Both the position numbers and the translations under genes were made by a program. Shown piece by piece: positions 8,918-18,728 of a DNA stretch of 64,000 bases. The DNA is from Candidatus Methylomirabilales bacterium. GTDB taxonomy: Bacteria; Methylomirabilota; Methylomirabilia; Methylomirabilales; CSP1-5. Below the pieces are notes generated by a model, which saw only the letters and a list, made by a program, of their open reading frames with translations, ran no database searches and had not been told where the DNA came from. Each line of letters opens with the position of its first letter. The first letter of the stretch is position 1. The stretch spans positions 28,178 to 92,177 of the forward strand of contig JBHIAH010000003.1 in assembly GCA_046758505.1 (NCBI GenBank). Direction: 5' to 3'.

Positions 8918-9838
8918 ATGGATTCGGTCTTCTCGCTGTTGCTCGGGACCCTTGTGCTGCGGCCGTACGTCTTCGCCTTCCTGTTCCTCTATCTCTTCGC
9001 GGCCGTGGCCGACATGGGATGGCGGCGGACCCTCCTCTTCACCCTGGTGGGGTGGGGTGTCGCGTTTACCGCCGAATCCCTCTCCATCCGGGTGGGGATT
9101 CCCTTCGGTCTCTATCATTATCTGCCCACTACCGCCCATCGAGAGCTCTGGATCGCCGGGGTCCCCTTCATGGATTCTCTCTCTTTTATCTTCCTGGCCT
9201 ATGCAAGCTGGAGCCTCGCCTCCCTGGCGCTGCTCCCCCCGTGTAAGGATGGGGAGCGACGGTGGGCCTTCTCGGTCCCGTACCGAGGCCGATTTCGTCC
9301 TCCCGTTCTCCTGCTCACCGTCCTCTTCTTTGTCCTCATCGACATCGTGGTAGACCCCATCGCCGTCCGGGGGGACCGCTGGTTTCTCGGCCAGATCTTT
9401 TACTACCCCGAGCCCGGTGCCTACTTTGGGGTCCCGGTCTCCAATTTCATCGGCTGGGGGGTGGTGGGGAGCACAATCATGGCCCTCTTTACGCTCCTCG
9501 AGCGACGGATCGATCGCGGCCCGCCGGCCTGGGCGGTAGAGCTTCCCCTGCGCCCCCTGTATGGACCGGCGCTCTACTACCTCGTCCTGGCGTTTTCCCT
9601 CACCGTCACCTGGCTGATCGGGGAGCAGACACTGCTCCTCGTCGGGCTCTTCATCTACGGCCCCCTCACCACCCTCCTGGCGGTGACGATCGCCGCCCGG
9701 TGGCGGGAGGGACAGCAGGCGGCCATAGGGAATCTCAAGCCACGGCAAGGCGTTCTCTCCTCAGGGAACATCCCCTCGAACGGCCGGGGATCGCTCCCCG
9801 TGGAGGTCATGTGGAAGGAGGACCAGCACCTCGAATAG
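8918..9838 (+). CDS. carotenoid-biosynthesis-protein-like integral membrane protein (DUF422-type)
   Basis: 306-aa polytopic protein. Motifs GIPFGLYHY, VPFMDSLSF and VDPIAVRGDRW resemble the Caroten_synth/DUF422 family as I recall it. RBS GAGGAAG lies before the ATG. Confidence 0.5.
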   Translation: MDSVFSLLLGTLVLRPYVFAFLFLYLFAAVADMGWRRTLLFTLVGWGVAFTAESLSIRVGIPFGLYHYLPTTAHRELWIAGVPFMDSLSFIFLAYASWSLASLALLPPCKDGERRWAFSVPYRGRFRPPVLLLTVLFFVLIDIVVDPIAVRGDRWFLGQIFYYPEPGAYFGVPVSNFIGWGVVGSTIMALFTLLERRIDRGPPAWAVELPLRPLYGPALYYLVLAFSLTVTWLIGEQTLLLVGLFIYGPLTTLLAVTIAARWREGQQAAIGNLKPRQGVLSSGNIPSNGRGSLPVEVMWKEDQHLE

Positions 9839-9903
9839 GCAGACATCCTGACCGGTGCCGACCCAGCACACGCGCACGATCGGTCTGAAGGAGGCCATAC
9901 ACG

Positions 9904-10926
9904 ATGGCAGTTCCGATATCGCAAGCGTTCACCGTTGCCCGCTACGTCCTCCGTCAAAAGATACGAGGGAATAAGCACTATCCCCTCGTGCTCATGCTCG
10001 AGCCCCTCTTTCGCTGCAACCTGGCCTGTGCCGGGTGCGGCAAGATCCAATACCCCGAGCACGTGCTGGCCCGACGCCTGACGCCGGAAGAGTGCTGGGC
10101 AGCCGCCGAAGAATGCGGGGCACCGATTGTGAGTATTCCCGGCGGAGAGCCTCTCATCCATCCCGAACTGCCCGAGATCGTTCGGGGATTGATCGAGCGG
10201 AAGAAGTACGTGTACCTCTGCACCAATGCCCTGCTCATGGAACGAAAGCTTCCCGAGTACACGCCGTCCAAATATCTCACCTTCAGCGTCCACATGGACG
10301 GCCTCAAGGAAGACCACGACATCGCCGTGTGCCGGGACGGGGTGTACGATATCGCGGTCCGCGCGATCAAGGCCGCCCTGGGGCGCGGCTTCCGCGTGAC
10401 GACCAACACCACCCTCTTCGAAGGCGCGAACCCGCCACGGGTCCGGCAATTCTTCGACTCCATGATGGAGTTAGGCGTCGAGGGGATGACGATCTCGCCG
10501 GGCTATAGCTACCAGAAGGCCCCCGATCAAGAGCACTTCCTGCGGCGCCACCGCACCACGCAGCTCTTCGCGGCCATCCTCGGCAATCCGAAGCGGCATT
10601 GGGCCTTTAACCAGTCCCCCCTGTTCCTCGAATTCCTCATGGGGAAGCGAGACTACCAGTGCACGCCCTGGGGAAACCCCACCTACAACATCTTCGGCTG
10701 GCAGCGCCCCTGCTACCTGTTGCAGGACGGCTATGCACCGACCTTCAAGGAACTGATAGAAACCACCCACTGGGACCGGTACGGGACCGGCAGAAACGAC
10801 AAGTGCGCCGACTGCATGGTGCACTGCGGCTACGAGGCCAGCGCGGTGGATGATACGTTCAGTTCATGGGCAGCGTTCGCCCGGACGGTCCAATTGACCC
10901 TTCGGCCGAATTCATCAAAGGGATGA
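9904..10926 (+). CDS. hpnH: adenosylhopane synthase HpnH (radical SAM)
   Basis: 340 aa with the radical-SAM cluster CNLACAGC. It matches remembered HpnH sequences closely along the whole length (YPLVLMLEPLFRCNLACAGCGKI, GWQRPCYL, KCADCMVHCGYE). Confidence 0.9.
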   Translation: MAVPISQAFTVARYVLRQKIRGNKHYPLVLMLEPLFRCNLACAGCGKIQYPEHVLARRLTPEECWAAAEECGAPIVSIPGGEPLIHPELPEIVRGLIERKKYVYLCTNALLMERKLPEYTPSKYLTFSVHMDGLKEDHDIAVCRDGVYDIAVRAIKAALGRGFRVTTNTTLFEGANPPRVRQFFDSMMELGVEGMTISPGYSYQKAPDQEHFLRRHRTTQLFAAILGNPKRHWAFNQSPLFLEFLMGKRDYQCTPWGNPTYNIFGWQRPCYLLQDGYAPTFKELIETTHWDRYGTGRNDKCADCMVHCGYEASAVDDTFSSWAAFARTVQLTLRPNSSKG

Positions 10927-10933
10927 ACGATCC

Positions 10934-11326
10934 ATGCCCCAGGAAACAAAGAGGGACGGATCCGAACGGCCGCGGTGGGAGGGGCGCTCTTTCCGCCTCG
11001 AGAATCACGCGGAGCTCTACGAGGTGATCGAGGCGGCCTTCGACTATCGGGGCGACGTGACCCTCGAGCTCCGGGACCGGTCGCGAATCGAAGGGTACGT
11101 CTCCAACCGCAACACGGAAGGGACCGAGCCGTACATCCACCTTTTTCCCAAGGACCAGCCCGGGACCATAACGATACCGTACGCGGATATTATGGCCATC
11201 GAGTTCTCGGGGGAAGACACCGCCTTTGGAAAATCCTGGGACGCCTGGATGACCAAAAGCGAGGCGTTGCGCAATGCCGAAGACGAAAGAGTTCGCGCCG
11301 AGGCCCAGGCCCGCGGGGACCTCTAG
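10934..11326 (+). CDS. hypothetical protein, co-oriented with hpnH
   Basis: 130-aa ORF starting 8 nt after the hpnH stop. Its composition looks coding and I recognise no domain. Confidence 0.45.
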   Translation: MPQETKRDGSERPRWEGRSFRLENHAELYEVIEAAFDYRGDVTLELRDRSRIEGYVSNRNTEGTEPYIHLFPKDQPGTITIPYADIMAIEFSGEDTAFGKSWDAWMTKSEALRNAEDERVRAEAQARGDL

Positions 11327-11628
11327 GGCCGCACTCCCTACTGCGCGATGACCGGTGACCGCTATCCGATGACCGTAAGGAACCACGGCGTCCTTTTTCG
11401 GTCGTCGGTTCAGACTCACTACCGGGAGGGCAGGTCCCCCTGCGGCGCTCGGCGGTGGCCTCGCCGGGCACGCCCCTGGTTGTATCGTGTGAATCTGGGG
11501 AGAGGTGAGTTGGAGGGGCCCGAGGAACGACGCCACCCCGGTCTGGAATTCCTCGCTCGAGCGTCCTAAGTGATGTACGGGGTTTCGGGGAGGCCACCGG
11601 GGGCCTTGATCGCTCGGAACACGGTGAG

Positions 11629-12378
11629 GTGAGGATTTCTCGATTGGCTCCCGGCCCGGCGGCCATCGTGGTGGCCCTCTCTCGGGAGGCCGCCCCCATA
11701 GCCAGGCATCTGGGTCTCCGCAGGCACGGGGTGCAGAGGGGCGTGACGCAGTACCGCGGTGGGGACGAGCGCATCCACCTCCTGCAAGTGGGGATGGGCC
11801 CCCGCGGAGCTGCCCGGGCCCTTGGTTGCCTGGAAGAGAAACAGCCCGCCCTGCTTCTGTCGGCAGGCTTCTGTGGAGGGGTTGGGACCGAGGTGAGCCT
11901 GGGGGACATGCTTGTCGCGTCCCAGGTGGTCCGACATACCGGGTCCTTTCCCGCCGACCCCCTTCTTCTCAAGACCGCAAGCCGCGTGCTCAAGACGATC
12001 GGGCTTTCCTTCCATGTGGGCACCATCCTCACGGTCGATGAGGTCGTCGCCCCAGGTGAAGGGATGCGCGAAATGGGGGACCTGCAAATCCAGGCCGTGG
12101 ACATGGAGAGTGCGTATCTGGCCGAAGGGGCGAGGCAACAGGGGATCCCCTTCCTGGCAATGAGAGTCGTCTCGGATACCCCGGCCGAGCCCTGGGCGGC
12201 CGAAGGGAAGCTCTTCGTGGAACCGGACGGCCGCCTCAAGCCGGTGTCGCTCGCGGCCTCCCTCCTCCGCCATCCCGTGTGGATCCCCCAGTTGCTCCGT
12301 GTCGGGTCCACGCTCCGACGGGCCACGCGTCGGCTCGCCCGGGGGATCGAAGCCCTCCTGAAGGAGCTGAACGCGTGA
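11629..12378 (+). CDS. hpnG: hopanoid-associated phosphorylase/nucleosidase HpnG
   Basis: 249 aa of PNP/UDP phosphorylase family type (LLSAGFCGGV, VDMESAYLAEGA). GTG start with RBS GGTGAGG. Hopanoid cluster context. Confidence 0.7.
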   Translation: MRISRLAPGPAAIVVALSREAAPIARHLGLRRHGVQRGVTQYRGGDERIHLLQVGMGPRGAARALGCLEEKQPALLLSAGFCGGVGTEVSLGDMLVASQVVRHTGSFPADPLLLKTASRVLKTIGLSFHVGTILTVDEVVAPGEGMREMGDLQIQAVDMESAYLAEGARQQGIPFLAMRVVSDTPAEPWAAEGKLFVEPDGRLKPVSLAASLLRHPVWIPQLLRVGSTLRRATRRLARGIEALLKELNA

Positions 12379-12649
12379 GGGCGCTCGTTCTCCGGCCCCG
12401 CGAAGAAGACCCTCCTTCAGGACCTCACCGAGGCCGCCGGATTCCAGGGGGTGGAACGGACAACCAGCAGGGAGGAGCCCCCGGCGGTTGGGTCGTGACT
12501 CCCCGGGGGGACGGGGTCCGCCTTTCCGCTGACTTGAACCGGGACGGGGGATCGGGACGAGAAGGTTCCCCGGGCTTCACGCTCCCCCCGAGGCCATCAC
12601 CCTGCGCCTCCGGCGGGCGGCAGTGAGAATTGACTGAGGAGAGGGAGTC

Positions 12650-13645
12650 GTGAAGAGGCCCTGGGGCAAGATAGCAGCGCTCTGTCTCGGCCTCTTCCTC
12701 TTCCTGTGGATCCTCGGACGGGTCGGACTCGCTGAGACGCTCGCTCTGATCCGTCAGGTCGGCTGGAGTTTTCCGCCCCTCCTCCTCCCGTCCGTGTTGA
12801 TGTGGGCCCTTTTTTCCCTGGGCTGGTGGTGGACCCTCCCCTCGGGGGTGCCCTTCCCTCACCTCCTCCTGATCCGAGCGGCGGGTGAGGCGGTCAACAC
12901 CATTACGCCCCTGGCGTACGTGGGGGGTGAACCGCTCAAGGCCTCGCTGCTCTGCCGCCTCGGCATTCCCCTCACCGACGGTCTCGCCTCGGTTGTGGTC
13001 ACGAAAACCATCGCCGCCTCGGCGTATTGTCTCTTTATCTTCGCGGGGCTCGCCACTGCCCTCATCGGCACCAGGAATTCCACGTCCGCCCTCGTGGGGG
13101 GGGCCGGCGCGGGACTCTTCCTCGCCATTGCGGTCGTCGTTCTGTACTACAGCCAGCGGCGGGGGCTCTTTTCGCTCCTCCACCGCCTGGTCTATCGGCT
13201 CGGCGTCAGGGGCGAGGCCTGGATGGCCAAACGCGAAGTGCTCGAGAGCCTGGACGCCAAGATCGTGACCCTCTACCAAAGCCGGAAGCGCCTCTCGGGC
13301 TGCCTGGTTTTTTCTCTGCTTGGCTGGTTCGTGAGCCCCATCGAGACCTACTTCTTTCTCTGGGCCCTGGGAACGCCCGTGGACCTCATTACCGTGATCG
13401 TAATCCAGGCGCTGGTGCTCGGCGTCAAGGCCGCCAGCTTCTTCATTCCGGGCAGCCTGGGGGCCCAGGAGGGGGGAAACGTTTTGATCTTCGTCGGCCT
13501 CGGCATGGGCGCGGACATCGCCATGGCCTACAGTCTGTTGCGCAGGGCCCGGGAGGTCGCCTGGATCCTCCTCGGCGCCGTGGTCCTCACACGATTCGGG
13601 TGGGGGGAACTCAAGGCGCTGCCCGAGACGGAGCCAGGATCATGA
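12650..13645 (+). CDS. HpnL-like membrane protein (lysylphosphatidylglycerol-synthase TM-region family)
   Basis: 331-aa polytopic protein with the conserved GGEPLKA motif and a C-terminal GSLGAQEGG motif typical of the LPG_synthase_TM/HpnL family. GTG start with RBS GGAGAGGGAG. Confidence 0.6.
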   Translation: MKRPWGKIAALCLGLFLFLWILGRVGLAETLALIRQVGWSFPPLLLPSVLMWALFSLGWWWTLPSGVPFPHLLLIRAAGEAVNTITPLAYVGGEPLKASLLCRLGIPLTDGLASVVVTKTIAASAYCLFIFAGLATALIGTRNSTSALVGGAGAGLFLAIAVVVLYYSQRRGLFSLLHRLVYRLGVRGEAWMAKREVLESLDAKIVTLYQSRKRLSGCLVFSLLGWFVSPIETYFFLWALGTPVDLITVIVIQALVLGVKAASFFIPGSLGAQEGGNVLIFVGLGMGADIAMAYSLLRRAREVAWILLGAVVLTRFGWGELKALPETEPGS

Positions 13646-14643
13646 AGGCGCTGGTGACCGGAGCGACCGGCTTCGTCGGGGCAAACCTCATCCGGGAGCT
13701 TCTCAAAGACGGCACAGCCGTGCGAGCCCTGGTGCGCGCCGGAAGTCCACGCACCACCCTCGAGGGGCTCGACATCGAAACGGTCAATGGAGACCTCCAG
13801 GACCGGGACAGCCTGCGGGATGCACTCAAGGGGTGCCGGGTTCTGTACCACGTGGCCGCCCGCTACAGCCTTGCCTCAAGGGATGCGGCCGAGATGTACC
13901 GGGCCAATGTGGAGGGGACCCGAAACATCCTGGAGGTTGCGTTGGAGCTCGGCGTCGAGCGGGCCGTCTATACCAGCACGGTGGGGGCCCTGGGGATCCC
14001 CAAGGATCACCGCCCCGGAACCGAGGAGACTCCGGTGACCCTAGCAGAGATGGTCGGCTCCTACAAGCGGTCCAAGTTCCTGGCCGAGCGGGAGGCGGAG
14101 CGGATCGGAGGCCTGGGGCTGCCGGTGGTCATCGTCAATCCCTCCACGCCGGTGGGGCCCTGGGATGTCAAGCCGACCCCGACCGGCCGGATGATCGTGG
14201 ATTACCTCAAGGGGCGGATGTTCGGGTACATCCATACCGGTCTCAATCTGGTCCACGTCCGGGATGTGGCGCGGGGCCACATCCTGGCAGCCCGGAAAGG
14301 GCGGGTCGGGGAAAAGTATATCCTGGGAAACCAGAATCTCACGCTGCGCGAGATCTTTAGGATGCTCGAGCAGATCTCCGGAGTCCCCGCCCCGCGCTTC
14401 AGGATCCCCTATCCGGTTGCCCTCGTGGCCGCGGGCGCCTCCGAGGGGTACGCCCGGTTGCGCCGGCAGGAACCGCAGATCCCATGGACTGGGGTCCGCA
14501 TGGCGCGCAAGATGATGTTCTTTAACCCTGCGAAGGCCGTCCGCGAACTGCAGTTCCCCCAGACGCCGGTCGCCGAGGCGCTCCGAGAGGCCGTCGACTG
14601 GTACTGGGCCCGCGGATACGCTCCCCGCCCGAAGGGGGCCTAG
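13642..14643 (+). CDS. hpnA: hopanoid-associated NAD-dependent sugar epimerase/dehydratase HpnA
   Basis: The true start is the internal ATG at 13642 (MKALVTGATGFVGANL is a Rossmann GxxGxxG), overlapping the stop of the upstream gene (ATGA). The 205-codon N-terminal extension in the ORF track overlaps the hpnL-like gene and is spurious. Confidence 0.8.
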   Translation: MKALVTGATGFVGANLIRELLKDGTAVRALVRAGSPRTTLEGLDIETVNGDLQDRDSLRDALKGCRVLYHVAARYSLASRDAAEMYRANVEGTRNILEVALELGVERAVYTSTVGALGIPKDHRPGTEETPVTLAEMVGSYKRSKFLAEREAERIGGLGLPVVIVNPSTPVGPWDVKPTPTGRMIVDYLKGRMFGYIHTGLNLVHVRDVARGHILAARKGRVGEKYILGNQNLTLREIFRMLEQISGVPAPRFRIPYPVALVAAGASEGYARLRRQEPQIPWTGVRMARKMMFFNPAKAVRELQFPQTPVAEALREAVDWYWARGYAPRPKGA

Positions 14644-14722
14644 CCTTGCAAGAACAAGAAGAGGCTTGGTAGAGTGCCAAAGGCCGCCTATAATCCAAGC
14701 GATCAACCATGAGGGGGGAGAC

Positions 14723-15613
14723 GTGGACCTGAAGGCGTATCTCGAAGAGCGACGGGCCGTGGTAGAGGCCGGCCTGAAGCGCTACATCCCGGGGGAGGAA
14801 ACGATGCCCCCCGAGCTTCACCGGGCCATGCACTACAGCTTGTTCGCCGGGGGGAAGCGCCTGCGGCCGACCCTGACGATCGCCGCCGCGGAGGCGGTCG
14901 GCGGGGTCGCCGAAGCGGTGCTGCCCGTCGCGTGCGCCTTCGAATACATCCACACCTACTCCCTGGTTCACGACGACCTCCCGGCCATGGATGATGACGA
15001 TCTGCGGCGGGGTCGCCCCACCTGTCACAAGGTCTTTGGCGAGGCCATGGCCATCCTGGCAGGCGATGCCCTCCTCACGGAGGCCTTTGTGCTCCTCGCG
15101 AATCCCGCGCACGTCGGCCACCTCGATCCGAGGCTCCTCCGGACGGTGATCCACGAGATCGCCCATGCCGCCGGGTCGCAGGGCATGGTGGGGGGACAGG
15201 CGGTGGACATCCTCTCCGAGGGGAAGGCCGTCGAGCTGTCCCTCCTGCATTACATCCATACCCACAAGACCGGGGCCCTGATCCTGTGTGCCCTGCGGGC
15301 GGGAGCCCACCTAGGCGGTGCCACCGCGGAAGCACTCGACGCCGTCACGCGATACGGGAAGGCGGCCGGACTCGCCTTTCAGATCGCCGACGACATCCTG
15401 GACATCGAAGGCGAAGAGGCGCTGCGGGGAAAGAAGGTGGGCGGCGATGCGAGCCGCGGCAAGGCCACCTATCCGGCGCTGGTGGGACTTGCGGAGGCCA
15501 AACGGGAAGCGCAGCGGCTCGTCCGCGAGGCACTGGACGCCATCGCCTCGTTCGATCACCACGCCGATCCCCTCCGGGAGATTGCCCGCTTTATCATCTC
15601 GCGAAAGGCGTAA
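14723..15613 (+). CDS. polyprenyl diphosphate synthase (FPP/GGPP synthase family)
   Basis: Both Asp-rich motifs are present (LVHDDLPAMDDDDLRRG and FQIADDILD). I prefer the GTG at 14723, preceded by GAGGGGGGA; the ORF-track TTG at 14666 is an alternative. Confidence 0.85.
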   Translation: MDLKAYLEERRAVVEAGLKRYIPGEETMPPELHRAMHYSLFAGGKRLRPTLTIAAAEAVGGVAEAVLPVACAFEYIHTYSLVHDDLPAMDDDDLRRGRPTCHKVFGEAMAILAGDALLTEAFVLLANPAHVGHLDPRLLRTVIHEIAHAAGSQGMVGGQAVDILSEGKAVELSLLHYIHTHKTGALILCALRAGAHLGGATAEALDAVTRYGKAAGLAFQIADDILDIEGEEALRGKKVGGDASRGKATYPALVGLAEAKREAQRLVREALDAIASFDHHADPLREIARFIISRKA

Positions 15614-15616
15614 GGC

Positions 15617-16483
15617 ATGCCCGAGGCCGTGGCCACCCTGGTCAAGAAGAGTCAATCCAGCTTCTACTACTCCTTTCTGTTTCTGCCCCGGCCGAAGCGA
15701 GAGGCGATCTATGCCGTGTACGCGCTCTCCCGCTCGGTAGACGATATCGCCGACGACCCCGGTGATGTGGCGGAAAAAGCCGAGCGCCTGAAGGCCTGGC
15801 GAGAGGAGCTGGACCGGTGCTACGCGGGACGGCCAACGCATCCCATCACCACACAGCTCCGGGACTGTCTCGACCGCTACCCGGTCCCCCAGCGCTACTT
15901 CGAGGAGCTGCTCGCCGGGGTGGAGATGGACCTCACCATCTCTCGATACTCCACCTTCGCCGACCTCCACCGCTACTGCTATCGCGTGGCCTCCGTCGTG
16001 GGACTGATCTGCATCGAGATATTCGGCTACCGCCACGAGACGACGAAGGCGTACGCGGTCAACCTCGGTCTGGCCCTGCAGCTCACCAACATCCTCCGGG
16101 ATCTGAAAACGGACGGCCGGCGTGGGCGCATCTACCTCCCCCAGGAAGATCTCCAGCGCTTCGAATACCGCGAGGACGATCTCCTGAACGGCCGGTATAC
16201 TCCCGCCTTCTTCTCCCTCATGCGCTTTGAGGCGGACCGCGCCCGCGAGTCGTTCCGACAGGCAGCAGCGAGTCTGCACCCGGAGGACCGGAAAAACATG
16301 GTGGCCGCCGAGATTATGGGACGGATCTACCGGGAGACCCTAGAGGCCATCGAGCGGAAGAACTACCGGGTCTTCGGGGACCGGATCGCCCTGTCCACGG
16401 CCCGGAAGCTCCAGCTCGCCCTCACGACCTGGACCCAGCACCGGTTCACGGTTCAGGGTTCAGGGTTCAGGGTCAAGGGCTGA
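15617..16483 (+). CDS. hpnD: squalene/phytoene synthase family protein, HpnD-like (presqualene diphosphate synthase)
   Basis: 288 aa with SFYYSFLFLP, YALSRSVDDIADD, YCYRVASVVG and NILRDLKTD motifs. The last ~12 codons (FTVQGSGFRVKG) are encoded by a GGTTCA-type intergenic repeat. Confidence 0.8.
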   Translation: MPEAVATLVKKSQSSFYYSFLFLPRPKREAIYAVYALSRSVDDIADDPGDVAEKAERLKAWREELDRCYAGRPTHPITTQLRDCLDRYPVPQRYFEELLAGVEMDLTISRYSTFADLHRYCYRVASVVGLICIEIFGYRHETTKAYAVNLGLALQLTNILRDLKTDGRRGRIYLPQEDLQRFEYREDDLLNGRYTPAFFSLMRFEADRARESFRQAAASLHPEDRKNMVAAEIMGRIYRETLEAIERKNYRVFGDRIALSTARKLQLALTTWTQHRFTVQGSGFRVKG

Positions 16484-16547
16484 GGTTCAAAACCTAAAAA
16501 TGGCGGCCGGCTTCTTACCATGAACTACGAACTATGAACCCTGAACC
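16443..16547. repeat. inverted pair of GGTTCA/TGAACC-word repeat modules (mosaic intergenic repeat family, module A)
   Basis: GGTTCACGGTTCAGGGTTCAGGGTTCAGGG at 16443-16472 faces TGAACTACGAACTATGAACCCTGAACCG at 16521-16548. CGGTTCAGGGTTCA has a perfect reverse complement, TGAACCCTGAACCG. Confidence 0.8.
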
Positions 16548-16671
16548 GAGCCGGCGGTCATCGGTCGTCGGACTTAGGCGAGCTCCCTTCGGGGCTGAGC
16601 CTCAGGGTCGAAGACAGTCGAGCCGTCATCGGTCACCTTGGAAGGCGGACATCGTGAGCCGGATACCAAAA

Positions 16672-17703
16672 ATGATGCAGGGGGCGGTCTATCGGGGGAA
16701 TGGGCAGATTCGCCTGGAATCGCTCCCCGTCCCGACGATCGGCCCTGGGGAGCTCCTGGTCAGGGTCACGGGGTGCGGACTGTGCGCGACCGACGTGGGC
16801 AAGGTCGATCACGCCCTGGTCACGCCGCCCGCCGTCCTCGGACACGAGGTCGCAGGCACAGTGGCGGCCCTGGGCGACGGGGTACAGGGACGGACGATCG
16901 GCGAGCGGGTGGTGGTCTCCCACCATGTCCCCTGCTACGCCTGCCATTACTGCAAACATGGCAATTTTTCCATGTGCCGCACCTTCAAAGCCTCCCATAT
17001 CGACCCGGGAGGCTTCGCCGAGTACATTCGGGTCCCGGCCCTGAATGTCCAATACGCCACCTTTCCGATCCCGCCCCATCTCGAGGACGAAGAGGCGGCC
17101 TTCACCGAACCCCTCGCCTGCTGCCTCCGGGCGGTCAAGCGGCTGTCTCCCCTTCTCCACGACACGGTCCTCCTGTTCGGATTGGGCTCGATCGGCCTCA
17201 TGCTCCTCCAGGTCCTGAAGCTCTATCGGGCCCGGGTCATCGGCCTGGATCTTCTGCCGGATCGCCTGGAGGCTGCGAACACCCTGGGGGCGGACCTGAC
17301 CCTCAACCCGGGACGGGCAGATGTGGCCCAGGCGGCGCGGGATGTCACCGACGGCCGTGGTGCCGATGGGGCCATCTTGACGGCGGGGGGGCCGCGGGCC
17401 TTTGCACAGGCGATCGAGGCCCTCAGGGATGGCGGTGTCCTCATGCTGTTTGCCTCGGACCCGAGCCGCCCCGTGGTGGATCTGGATACCCACCGGCTCT
17501 TTCACCGGGAACTTAGCATTGTGAGCAGCTACTCCCCTTCCAGCATCGAGCTTCGGGAGGCCCTCACCCTTCTCGGCGACCGATCCGTCTTGGTCAAGGC
17601 CCTGCTCACCCATCGGGTGCCTCTTGCCGAGCTCGAGCGCGGCATGCGTTTGTTCCGGGAGAGGGAAGCCCTCAAGGTCTTCGTCGCGATGGAGAAAGAA
17701 TGA
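16672..17703 (+). CDS. zinc-dependent alcohol/threonine-type dehydrogenase (MDR family)
   Basis: Catalytic-zinc motif GHEVAG and structural-zinc cysteines CYACHYCKHGNFSMC are present, with a GLGSIG Rossmann motif. The start is set at MMQGAVY; the upstream 46 codons of the ORF are encoded by repeat modules. Confidence 0.75.
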   Translation: MMQGAVYRGNGQIRLESLPVPTIGPGELLVRVTGCGLCATDVGKVDHALVTPPAVLGHEVAGTVAALGDGVQGRTIGERVVVSHHVPCYACHYCKHGNFSMCRTFKASHIDPGGFAEYIRVPALNVQYATFPIPPHLEDEEAAFTEPLACCLRAVKRLSPLLHDTVLLFGLGSIGLMLLQVLKLYRARVIGLDLLPDRLEAANTLGADLTLNPGRADVAQAARDVTDGRGADGAILTAGGPRAFAQAIEALRDGGVLMLFASDPSRPVVDLDTHRLFHRELSIVSSYSPSSIELREALTLLGDRSVLVKALLTHRVPLAELERGMRLFREREALKVFVAMEKE

Positions 17704-18728
17704 AGGCGGTCATGTTCTACCGCCCCGGGGATATCCGGGTTGAGGACGTTGCCACGCCGACGCCCGCACCCGGAGAGGTCCTGGTCCGGATCGGGGCAGC
17801 ACTGACCTGCGGAACGGACCTCAAGACGTATCGCCGGGGCCACCCCGTGATGATCAAGAAGACCCCCGCGCTCTTCGGCCACGAGTGGGCCGGGACGGTC
17901 GAGGCGGTGGGGGAGGGAGTCGCGCACGTGCAGGTGGGGGATCGGGTGGTCGGGGCCAACTCCGCCCCGTGCCACCGCTGCTTTCCCTGCCGGATCGGAC
18001 GGCTCAACCTCTGTGAGGACCTTCAATTCTTGAACGGCGCCTATGCCGAGTACCTCCGCGTCCCGAGCCGCATCGTCGAGCAGAATCTCCTCCCCCTCCC
18101 GGCGCATCTCGGCTTCGCCCAGGCCGCCCTCCTCGAGCCGTTAGCCTGCGCCCTTTACGGGATCGAGCGCTCCGGAGTCAGGCTCGGGCAGACCCTCTGC
18201 ATCTTCGGGACCGGACCGATGGGCTTGCTCCTTACCCAGTTGGCGAAGAGGCAGGGGGTCAGGGTCATCATGGTCGGGAAGGGGGAGTTTCGGTTGGGCA
18301 AAGCCGCCGAGGCGGGTGCCGATGCAATCCTCGATGCGGCCCGGGGCGAGAAGGTGATCGCCGAGGTCCGGCGTTTAAGCCCCGAGGGCCGTGGTGCCGA
18401 CGTCACCATCGAGGCCACGGGGAGACCCGAGGTGTGGGAACAGGCCGTCGAGGCGACGCGCAAGGCGGGAACCGTGGTCCTCTTCGGGGGCTGCGAGCCG
18501 GGGACGAGCTTTCGGGTGGATACGCGGCGGATGCACTACGAGGAGCTCGTGCTCCTCGGCGTCTTTCACCACACCCCCCGGCACATCCGCGAGGCCCTGA
18601 GCCTCCTTGACCAGGGGTTGGTGGATGCTCCCCTGTTGCTGACGCACCAGATGGCCCTCTCTTCGCTCCCCGAGGCCTTCGAGCTCCTGGCCCGGGGAGA
18701 GGCCATCAAGGTCATCCTAACACCTTGA
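17700..18728 (+). CDS. zinc-dependent alcohol dehydrogenase (MDR family), second copy
   Basis: 342 aa with GHEWAG, CHRCFPCRIGRLNLC and GTGPMG motifs. The start overlaps the previous stop (ATGA). Confidence 0.75.
   Translation: MKAVMFYRPGDIRVEDVATPTPAPGEVLVRIGAALTCGTDLKTYRRGHPVMIKKTPALFGHEWAGTVEAVGEGVAHVQVGDRVVGANSAPCHRCFPCRIGRLNLCEDLQFLNGAYAEYLRVPSRIVEQNLLPLPAHLGFAQAALLEPLACALYGIERSGVRLGQTLCIFGTGPMGLLLTQLAKRQGVRVIMVGKGEFRLGKAAEAGADAILDAARGEKVIAEVRRLSPEGRGADVTIEATGRPEVWEQAVEATRKAGTVVLFGGCEPGTSFRVDTRRMHYEELVLLGVFHHTPRHIREALSLLDQGLVDAPLLLTHQMALSSLPEAFELLARGEAIKVILTP

Noticed and set aside
13027-13641. A 205-codon N-terminal extension of the hpnA ORF in the track.
   Set aside because: It fully overlaps the well-supported HpnL-like membrane protein in another frame. 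The epimerase Rossmann motif starts right at the internal ATG 13642, which overlaps the upstream stop (ATGA).
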